Assembly (NCBI GenBank): GCA_052386995.1 | Contig: JBQTJP010000026.1 | Coordinates: 1-20,009, forward strand | Length of the DNA stretch: 20,009 nt | DNA from: Armatimonadota bacterium | GTDB lineage: Bacteria > Sysuimicrobiota > Sysuimicrobiia > Sysuimicrobiales > Humicultoraceae | Direction: 5' to 3' | Shown: positions 9,648 through 16,887 of the stretch, in pieces | Layout: every line of letters begins with the position of its first letter | Position numbering within the stretch: the stretch's first letter is position 1 | Made by a program: the position numbers and the translations under genes | Notes under the pieces: model-generated | What the model was told of the DNA's origin: nothing | Seen by the model: only the letters and a program-made list of their open reading frames with translations | Databases searched by the model: none

Positions 9648-10998
9648 CCCATCGCCCGCGACCTCGATGCGCCGTGACCTGCCCACCCTCGTAGACGACC
9701 TCGCCGCGGCTGATGGTGAAAGCCGGCCAGCCGACAACCTCGCGCCCGTCATACACAGAGTACCCGGCCTTCGAGCGCATCGTCGCTCCGGCAATGGTCC
9801 GGCGAGCGTCTGGGTCCCACACGACGAGATCGGCGTCGGAGCCAACCGCGATCGTCCCCTTCTGCGGGTACATCCCAAAGAGCTTCGCGGTATTCGTGGA
9901 GGTGAGATCGACGAACCGGCTGAGCGAGATACGGCCCCGCCGCACGCCTTCGGAGTACAACATCGGCATCAGTGTCTCGAGGTCGGCGACCCCGGCGCGC
10001 ACTGTGGTCACGTCGAGGGCGGGATCGAGCTTCGCGTCGAGCGTCCAGGGTGCGTGATCGCTGCACAGGCACTGGATATCGCCGCTCTTTAGGCCGTGCC
10101 AGATCGATTGCACATCGGTGGGCTCACGCAACGGCGGGGCTCCAACATACTTTGCGCCGTCGGGCTGCTCGAACAGCTCACGTGTGAGGTATAGATAGAG
10201 CGGCCGTGTCTCGACGTAGACCGGTAGCCCATCCGCCCGCGCCCGCCGGCAGGCGGCCAGGGCCGCCGACGACGATAGATGGACCACGTAGATCGGCGCG
10301 CCGGTCGCGCGCACGAAAGCAATGGCACGCTCGGCCGCGGCCGACTCCGTGTAGGACGGCCGGCTGTCAGGGTAGTGCCTGGTCGCACCTAAGCCTTTGG
10401 CCAGCAGCTCCCGGCAGACGCAGCGGATGATTGCCCCATCCTCGCAGTGCAGCATCGTCAGCATGCCGTTCTGACCGGCGGCCTGCAGCGCGCGCAGATA
10501 CTCAGCGATCCGCGCGTCAAAGTACTCGAACAACATGAAGATCTTGAGGCTCGTGTGGCCCGATGCGGCCAGCTCCGCAATCTGGGATAGGGACGCCTCG
10601 GAGGGATCGGTCAGAACCGGGTGCAGGATGTAGTCCACCGCCGCGTCGCGCTCGGCCGCCGCAAGGTCACGTGCGAGCGCGTCGCGCAGCGTCTCCCCCC
10701 GGCGCTGAAACGTCATGTTACCGATCGTCGTCACACCCCCGGCGAGCGCCGCCTGCGACCCGCTGTAAAAATCGTCGCACCACACCTGATCACCGGGCTT
10801 GGGCTCAAGCGGGAGTGTGAGGTGCACGTGCACGTCCACCCCGCCCGGGAATACGTATTTGCCGCGCGCATCCACCTCGCGGCGGCCGCGGAGATCGCCG
10901 CCTAGCTGGACGATCCTTCCGCCCTCGACACCGATGTCGCAGAGGCTCAAGCTGCCAGACGTCACGACGGTGCCGCCCTTGATGACAAGGTCAAGCAT
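9619..10998 (-). CDS. hydA: Dihydropyrimidinase / D-hydantoinase (cyclic amidohydrolase)
   Basis: Starts MLDLVIKGGTVV with an AAGGGTGA RBS; intact binuclear site: DVHVH, carbamylated Lys (SLKIFM), HCED, VHLSS, SDHAP; also GGVTT and KGTIAVGSDADLVVWDP. Confidence 0.88.
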   Translation of the reverse strand: MLDLVIKGGTVVTSGSLSLCDIGVEGGRIVQLGGDLRGRREVDARGKYVFPGGVDVHVHLTLPLEPKPGDQVWCDDFYSGSQAALAGGVTTIGNMTFQRRGETLRDALARDLAAAERDAAVDYILHPVLTDPSEASLSQIAELAASGHTSLKIFMLFEYFDARIAEYLRALQAAGQNGMLTMLHCEDGAIIRCVCRELLAKGLGATRHYPDSRPSYTESAAAERAIAFVRATGAPIYVVHLSSSAALAACRRARADGLPVYVETRPLYLYLTRELFEQPDGAKYVGAPPLREPTDVQSIWHGLKSGDIQCLCSDHAPWTLDAKLDPALDVTTVRAGVADLETLMPMLYSEGVRRGRISLSRFVDLTSTNTAKLFGMYPQKGTIAVGSDADLVVWDPDARRTIAGATMRSKAGYSVYDGREVVGWPAFTISRGEVVYEGGQVTAHRGRGRWVKRNATMAL

Positions 10999-11162
10999 TG
11001 TACTTATCACCCTTCGATATTTCTTGAGGAAGTCGAGAACAAGCTTGAGACACTTCACCCGAGCCGGCCACACATCCTGTTCCTCCGATCTCGGTGTGAA
11101 AGCCTGAATATCAAACCGGGTGTGTGCGTTTCTCGAATCAAAGCCTGTAGAGGAGGAACTCG

Positions 11163-11657
11163 ATGGGCAACTTCGAGATCTTTGGGTTGCAGTTTGCGAT
11201 GACGACCCTGGTCTATGCTCTCGTGGCGAGGTGGTACCTGGCGCCGCGCCTGGCCCAGCTGCCCCTGCGCGACGCGCTGATCCCGCTGCTGCTCTTCCAC
11301 TCGCTGCGCGCCCTGGGTATGACGGTGCTGGTGACTGCGGTAGTATCTCCCGATGTACCCCGGGAGTTCGCGGTCCCGCTCGCTTACGGCGATCTCCTGA
11401 CGGCCGTTCTGGCACTCCTATCCATCGCGGCGCTCCGCGCCCATTCCGCGTTCGCCACATCACTGGTCTGGATCTTCAACAGCGTCGGATTCGTGGATTT
11501 CCTGAATGCATTCTATCAGGGGATCAGGCTGGACGTGACGCGCTATCAACTCGGCGCCGCCTGGTACATTCCGACGTACGTCGTACCCGCGCTCATCGTT
11601 ACACACATCATCATCTTCTCGATGCTGCTGCGTCGGGCGCGCCCGGCTACGACGTGA
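11163..11657 (+). CDS. Hypothetical integral membrane protein (about 4-5 TM)
   Basis: Strong GAGGAGG RBS; 164 aa, mostly hydrophobic helices carrying embedded H, R, D and N residues. Confidence 0.8.
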   Translation: MGNFEIFGLQFAMTTLVYALVARWYLAPRLAQLPLRDALIPLLLFHSLRALGMTVLVTAVVSPDVPREFAVPLAYGDLLTAVLALLSIAALRAHSAFATSLVWIFNSVGFVDFLNAFYQGIRLDVTRYQLGAAWYIPTYVVPALIVTHIIIFSMLLRRARPATT

Positions 11658-11663
11658 ACGCAC

Positions 11664-12844
11664 TCACGCCTGACGCGCTCGAATGCGGCTGAGCCGAAGC
11701 CAGGCGATGCTCCCGTCGGGGCCGCGGAGAAACTCGCCCCGGCCGCCCTTCATGGGACCATCAAGCACCACGATGCGGTCCTTATCGACGAACGCGATTT
11801 TCATAGGAGGCGGCGTCGGAGGAAGCGGAGAGTCCTTGTCTGGAAAGCCGCCCTTGAGGTGCACGTGCATGAGCACACCGCCGTTATGGAGTCTCAATTC
11901 GAGGTCGCTGGTCGAACCGGCCCCCACGTATCTCCCCACGTAGGGCGCCAGGGCCGCCTCCGGAATCGCCAGGCTTTGCGGCTCCGGCTCACTGAGGCCC
12001 AAATAGTGAGCAAGCGCCCATTTGACGACCTCGTTGTGGAGGAGCGCGCCGGAATCGGCATTCGTCAGGACCGTGATGGCAAAGTGGCGCTGGGGCACCA
12101 TCGTGAAGGCCGACATCTGCCCGCTGGTGGCGCCTCCGTGGAAGACGAGGCGCGCGTCGCCCACGTTTCTGAGTCCCCACGTGAAGCCCCAGTCGTTTCC
12201 ACCGCTCCCCTCAACGAACGGCGACTGCATTGCCGTCACAGACTCCGGCGAGAGTAGTCGCGCTCCGTCGGGTGCGGTCCCATTACCCATGTGGAAACTG
12301 GCATAGCGCAGTTGATCTTTCACCGTCGAGGAGATCCCGCCGGCGGGATGCGCTGCGCGAGGCAAAGCCCAATCTCGGCTCACCACGGGCTTCTCATCGC
12401 GGATGTAGTGACCGACCGCGACCCGGTGTGTGATGACGTCCGACGCGAAGAAGAAGGACATCGTCATGCCCAGGGGATCAAGGACAAGTTCCTTCACCGC
12501 GTCTTCGTAGGTCATGCCCGCATGGTCACCCGCGCGGCAATGTCCTCGTTCGACAAGCGCAGGTCGGGCAGGTACGTGCGTATCGGCACATCGAGGTCGA
12601 GCTTCCCCATCTCCACGAGCCGCATGGCCACGGTCCCGGTGACCGTCTTCGTTGTCGACCCGATTTGAAACAGGGTATCGCCGTCGACTGCCAGCGGATG
12701 GTCAACATTCGTCACGCCGAACCCGGCGACGTGCTCCTCACCTTCATGCAGAACGCCGACGGCAACACCCGGCACATGGAGACGCACCATGGCCTCGGTG
12801 ATCTTGTCGCCCAGCACATGAAAGGAGGCGTGCGTGGAGAGCAC
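11664..12844 (-). pseudogene. Serine hydrolase (beta-lactamase class C / AmpC-like family), split by an internal deletion with frameshift
   Basis: ORF 12512-12844 has PGVAVGV, FQIGSTTK (SxxK) and GKLDLD, and ends at VTMR. ORF 11664-12515 resumes at TYEDAVKELVLDPLGM and has PAGGISST and FHGG. The intervening LLTHxxG and YxN segment is absent. Confidence 0.8.
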
Positions 12845-12893
12845 GCCTCACGAGTACGCGGCAGAGCAGTCTATTCCTGTCGCTGCCGGCCGC

Positions 12894-13931
12894 TTAAAAA
12901 CTCAGTGACAATGCGATGCCCATCGTCAATCCTGCCAGCGACATCGCAAGGGCAATGAGGATCCTGACGCGGCGGGCGCTGGCTCGCCGCTGCCGTCTTA
13001 GCCACCACATGAAGTCGGCGTCCGCGCTCAAGTCAACACTCTGCGCGGGATGAAGGCCGGCATCGCCGTTCGAGGAGGGCCGGGTCTCCTGCTCGATTGG
13101 CATCGGGGCGACCTCCATCTGTTCCGCCGCGGAGGCGGAGAGTTCCTGAACCGGTGCCTCAAGCGTGGCCGCAGGAGTGCCCCCGGTCTCCGGCTGTACC
13201 GGGGGCGCGCTTTCCGGCTGTGCCGGGAGCGCAATCTCGGGCTGCGGCGTCCGCACGAGGACCGGTGTGTCCTCCAACGGGCGAAGTTCATCCGACGTCA
13301 TGTGAACTGCGGACTGCCGGGCATGGCGGAACGTCCGCTCCACAAGGTTGACGGTTCTGATCTTGCTCCACAGCGAAGGCGCAAACCGATAGAACGTCAG
13401 ACTGGAGGCCAGATGGGTCTCCAGATTGGACACGGCCCGCTCGCCCTGCCTGAGCCACTGGTCGCGCCAGCTCCGAAAGCGCGTCACGGCGGTGGCGCGG
13501 TCGGGAGCGGCGAAGATCTGGCGGGCCTCAGCCAGGCACGCCGCACGCCACCGTCGGTCCACTCTGCGCGCGAGTCCCATCAGTTGGTGCGACACACTGA
13601 TCTGGACCGGTGTCTCCGGATAGGCCGATGTGATCGCTCTCATCAATGCGGGATGCCCGTCGCAGGTGACGAGCAGCAGGCCGTCGCCGACCCCTTTGGC
13701 TTTGAGGTCGCTCAGCAGCGCGCGCCACGACTGTTCATCTTCGGAGGCGGCAATGCGCATACCGAGCGGGGCAGCACTGCCGTCGCCGGCGAGGCCGACC
13801 GCGCAGAGAACTGTTACCTCCGGACGAGTGCGTTGTGGGCGGCGCAGACCGTCGAGAAGAAGGTACGTGATGTATGCGCGCTCCTGAACGTGCGCTGGCG
13901 CGCTGTTGAATACTGCGACGCTGGTAGCCAT
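12894..13931 (-). CDS. IS256/Mutator-family transposase catalytic core fused to a Pro/Glu-rich linker and a C-terminal transmembrane anchor (putatively domesticated)
   Basis: YLLLDG, SEDEQSWRALLSDLKAKG, LVTCDGHPAL, LTFYRF, KIRTVNLVER match IS256 motifs. No N-terminal DNA-binding region. Ends RRQRRASARRVR-ILIALAMSLAGLTMGIALSLSF. Start is ATG 13931 or GTG 13952. Confidence 0.8.
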   Translation of the reverse strand: MATSVAVFNSAPAHVQERAYITYLLLDGLRRPQRTRPEVTVLCAVGLAGDGSAAPLGMRIAASEDEQSWRALLSDLKAKGVGDGLLLVTCDGHPALMRAITSAYPETPVQISVSHQLMGLARRVDRRWRAACLAEARQIFAAPDRATAVTRFRSWRDQWLRQGERAVSNLETHLASSLTFYRFAPSLWSKIRTVNLVERTFRHARQSAVHMTSDELRPLEDTPVLVRTPQPEIALPAQPESAPPVQPETGGTPAATLEAPVQELSASAAEQMEVAPMPIEQETRPSSNGDAGLHPAQSVDLSADADFMWWLRRQRRASARRVRILIALAMSLAGLTMGIALSLSF

Positions 13932-13952
13932 CTGCGCGTCTTCGTCCGTCAC

Positions 13953-13993
13953 AAAAAGAAACTGAGCCCCGTGGTTTTGACCCGGCGGCCCAG
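13953..13993 (-). terminator. Intrinsic terminator forming the riboswitch expression platform
   Basis: Minus strand CTGGGCCGCCGGGT-loop-ACCACGGGGCTCAG forms a GC-rich stem followed immediately by TTTCTTTTT. Its 5' arm is the 3' strand of aptamer P3/P1. Confidence 0.8.
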
Positions 13994-14056
13994 CCAGCCC
14001 AGATGGCCCTGTTGGCTTTGCGTCCCCGGATTGCTCCGGGTTTGCCTTTTGCGGGA
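13981..14056 (-). ncRNA. c-di-GMP-I (GEMM) riboswitch aptamer
   Basis: Minus strand: CCCG-CAAAA-GGCAAACC-CGGA-GCAA-TCCG-GGGACGCAAAGCC-AACAGGGCCATCTGGGCTGGCTGGGCCG-C-CGGG. Has the GGCAAACC...GGGACGCAAAGCC core, a GNRA-capped P2, P1 CCCG/CGGG, and equivalents of Vc2 G20 (14046), A47 (14019) and C92 (13985). Confidence 0.9.
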
Positions 14057-14124
14057 GTGAGTTTTGTGGGGGTTGACTGCCCCCAAGTGCTATTTGCCCG
14101 TTTGGCCGCTGCGGCAGACATTCG

Positions 14125-14188
14125 GTCGCCCGGCCTGGGTGGGTCGCTAGGCCTGGGGGCAGCGGCCTGTCGCGTCGCTAGGTCTGGG
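14125..14188. repeat. Three imperfect 15-bp direct repeats GTCGCYMGGYCTGGG
   Basis: gtcgcccggcctggg (14125-14139), gtcgctaggcctggg (14143-14157), gtcgctaggtctggg (14174-14188), all intergenic and upstream of the riboswitch. Confidence 0.6.
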
Positions 14189-14240
14189 AACGCCAGGGCG
14201 GGAATGCCCAGAGTCGCGGCAGCGACTGAGCCAGGGGCGG

Positions 14241-14875
14241 CTACTGATCAGAAACCGTGTCCCGTCGGCGGCCGTTCTGCACGACGACGCCGACGCGCTG
14301 CAGACAGGCGATGTCCGCCAGCGGATCACCGTCTACGCTGATCAGGTCGGCCCGCCTGCCGGGCTCGAGGCTGCCTATTTCGTCTGCCAGTCCAATGGCC
14401 TCGGCCGCCCGCCGCGTCGCTGCCAGAATAGCATCATGGGGATTGGCGCCCCATTCAACGACCTTCGCGATCTCCCACCACATGAGTCCATGTATCGAAT
14501 CGGTACCCAATGCCCACTTGACACCGCTTTCCAGGACGGCCTTGAAGTTCTCGCGGGACTTCTCCCGTGACTCGCGCAGCTTGGCCATAATGGCCGGCAC
14601 GTGCGCGTCGCCCTTTTCGATCCCGTCAGGGTGGCCGGAAACCGCGTTGTTCGTCACCAACCAGATGTTGCGCTTGCGCATCTCGACCAGGTCGCTGAGC
14701 TCGCACAGCTTGCCGTGCTCGATGGTGTCGACGCCGGCCTCGATACAGATGCGTACGCCCGGCCCGCCGTGAGCGTGCACGGCAACCGGCTTGTTGTTGC
14801 GGTGGGCCTCATCCACCGTGACCTCGACCTCGGCGGGAGAGTAGGCGTACCGACAGCGGTGAACACGGTCGTCAC
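14241..14875 (-). pseudogene. Metal-dependent amidohydrolase (Xaa-Pro dipeptidase-like subgroup), C-terminal half only
   Basis: Retains YSPAEV, VAVHAHG, DTIEHG, ALGTD, GSLEPGRRADLISVDGDP. An in-frame TGA at 14877-14879 closes the frame upstream; the N-terminal HxH and Lys motifs are missing. A plausible N-terminus (GTG 14875, MTTVFTA) lies in another frame. Confidence 0.8.
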
Positions 14876-14990
14876 TTCAGTTCGGGACAAAGCGAAAGAT
14901 GCTTTTCAGAGATGGGAATTCCCGCGACATTTGGGCAGACCCTGATCGGATGGCCTCTCAGCCGTGGAAACCGCGCAACGTGCGCACGCC

Positions 14991-16859
14991 ATGTTGAGAC
15001 CCGGACGCCCAGGAGTCCCGGTACGGGTGGTCGCCTGCTGCCTTCTGGCCCTACTCGGGACAGGACTGTGGATCACCGAGGCCGCAGCCAAGAGTTACAC
15101 GTTCAGCCGGGTGGAAATCACCGCGGAGGTCGGCCCTGACGGGGCGATGCGGATTACCGAAGAGCGCACGTACGACCTCCGGGGCGCTTTCACGTGGGCG
15201 ACGTACACCCTGAAGCTCCGCGGCTCGAGCGGAGTCTCCGACATCACGGTCTCGGATGAGGCCGGCCCGTACCGGCAATCGCGGTCGCGCACGCCGCGTA
15301 CCTACGAGGTCGCTGTGGGCGCGGATGAGATGCACCTGCGCTTGTCTTTCCAGGCTGCCGATCAACGCAAGACCTTCCTCATACGGTATGTCTTGAGGGA
15401 CGTCGTGACCCGCTACAGCGATGTGGCCGAACTCTACTGGAAATTCATCGGCACCGGATGGGACGTGCAGAGCGACGAGGTTCTGGTCACGGTGCTGCTG
15501 CCCGGCGCCCTCCGCCAGAACATCAAGGCGTGGGGCCACGGGTCGCTTCATGGACGGGTTGAGATCCAGGATGGTCGCGTAGTGCTGCGGGTCCGCGGGT
15601 TGCCCGCGCGAACGATGGTCGAGGGCCGCATCCTGTTTCCGGCAAGGCTCATCCCAGGCCGGCCGGCATTGAATGAAGTCAGGCTTCCCAGGATAGTAGC
15701 GGAAGAGACCAGGGTCGCAGCCGAAGCCAACCGCCTGCGTTGGCTGCACCTCGCGAACCTCGCCTCGGTCCCGCTCCTCCCACTGTTCGCGCTGGCCCTG
15801 TATCTCTGGATTTTTCTTGGGCATGGGCGCGAACACCGGCCCAGGTTCGAAGGCGACTACCTTCGAGAGCTCCCCCGGCGGTACCCGCCGGCCGTCCTCG
15901 GAACGCTGTGGCGGTTCGGAACCCCCGGCACACAGGATTTCGCGGCAACGCTACTGGACCTCGCCCGCCGCGGGTACATCACGATCCAGGAACGTGGCAA
16001 CACGATGATCCCGGGCGACGGCCTCGTCGCCAGCCTCATCCGCGAGCGCCTGAAGAATGTAAAGACGTACGCGTTCGCCCGTACAGAAAAGCCCGATGAC
16101 GACCTCGCCGACCTTGAAAGTGATGCGCTGCAACTCATGTTCAGAAACGCGACCGGAGCCACGGTCACGTCATGGTCGCTCGCTCATGGTGGTAGTGACT
16201 TCCGCAAGGGATATCTCGCCTGGCTCGAACACGTGAAGCAGGCCGCCCGCGCGCATGCGCTGTTCGATGGCGAGAGCGACCGGATGCGAAGGCGGGTCAT
16301 CGTCGCGGGGCTCCTGCTCGATGTCGCGGCACCCCTTGTCGTCATCGCGGGCACGTTCACAATCGCGTACCAGGCCTGGGGCACGTTCGCGGGCCTGCTG
16401 GTCGCGGGTCTGCTGCTGTTGATCCTCAGCCCCCACATCCGGCGGCGATCCCTCGAGGGCGCAACACAGTTCGCCGAATGGCAGGCATTTCGCCGTTTCC
16501 TCACCGATTTTTCGCAGTTGAAGGATGCGCCCCCACCGGCCATCGCCGTGTGGGAGCACTACCTTCCATACGCAGTGACCCTCGGTGTAGCCCAGGAAGT
16601 GCTGCGGCAGCTTCCGATCGTATACGGAACGGTGGCCGATGCGTCGCCGTCCTGGTTTACGTCCGATGTCGGCGGCGGGAGCGCTGTTGGCGACTTCACC
16701 GGTAGCCTCTCCTCAATGACGGTGTCGCTGTCCACCATGGTGGCCGGCGCCGTCTCGCCGTCTTCAGGTGGTGATGGAGGCGGCGGCGGATTCAGCGGCG
16801 GCGATGACGGTGGGGGTGGAGGCGGGGGCGGCGGCGGATCCGGCGGCAGCGCCGGCTAG
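14991..16859 (+). CDS. DUF2207 family membrane protein
   Basis: Signal-peptide-like N-terminus, ITEERTYD, ELYWKFIGTGW, AATLLDLARRGYI, TM segments, WQAFRRFL, WEHYLPYAVTLGV, Gly-rich tail. Start is ATG 14991 or GTG 14964. Confidence 0.92.
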   Translation: MLRPGRPGVPVRVVACCLLALLGTGLWITEAAAKSYTFSRVEITAEVGPDGAMRITEERTYDLRGAFTWATYTLKLRGSSGVSDITVSDEAGPYRQSRSRTPRTYEVAVGADEMHLRLSFQAADQRKTFLIRYVLRDVVTRYSDVAELYWKFIGTGWDVQSDEVLVTVLLPGALRQNIKAWGHGSLHGRVEIQDGRVVLRVRGLPARTMVEGRILFPARLIPGRPALNEVRLPRIVAEETRVAAEANRLRWLHLANLASVPLLPLFALALYLWIFLGHGREHRPRFEGDYLRELPRRYPPAVLGTLWRFGTPGTQDFAATLLDLARRGYITIQERGNTMIPGDGLVASLIRERLKNVKTYAFARTEKPDDDLADLESDALQLMFRNATGATVTSWSLAHGGSDFRKGYLAWLEHVKQAARAHALFDGESDRMRRRVIVAGLLLDVAAPLVVIAGTFTIAYQAWGTFAGLLVAGLLLLILSPHIRRRSLEGATQFAEWQAFRRFLTDFSQLKDAPPPAIAVWEHYLPYAVTLGVAQEVLRQLPIVYGTVADASPSWFTSDVGGGSAVGDFTGSLSSMTVSLSTMVAGAVSPSSGGDGGGGGFSGGDDGGGGGGGGGGSGGSAG

Positions 16860-16887
16860 CGACCGGTTTGGGGCGCCGGGCTCACGA

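Noticed and set aside
10999..11463. N-terminal extension of the 614-aa ORF 9619..11463
   Set aside because: Low-complexity translation overlapping the divergent membrane-protein gene; family homology and an RBS support a start at 10998.
12894..13952. An intact, active IS256 element
   Set aside because: No DNA-binding N-terminus, no terminal inverted repeats or target duplication seen, and it carries a TM tail and a host riboswitch.
14067..14085. GTCAAC-CCCC (minus strand) resembling the start of an IS200/IS605 or HEARO/omegaRNA element
   Set aside because: The match is very short and there is no iscB, tnpB or tnpA nearby.
14125..14188. Direct repeats as a mini-CRISPR array
   Set aside because: Repeats are only 15 bp with gaps of 3 and 16 bp, and there are no cas genes.
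16768..16856. GGC-rich low-complexity run
   Set aside because: Encodes the Gly-rich tail that is normal for DUF2207 proteins.
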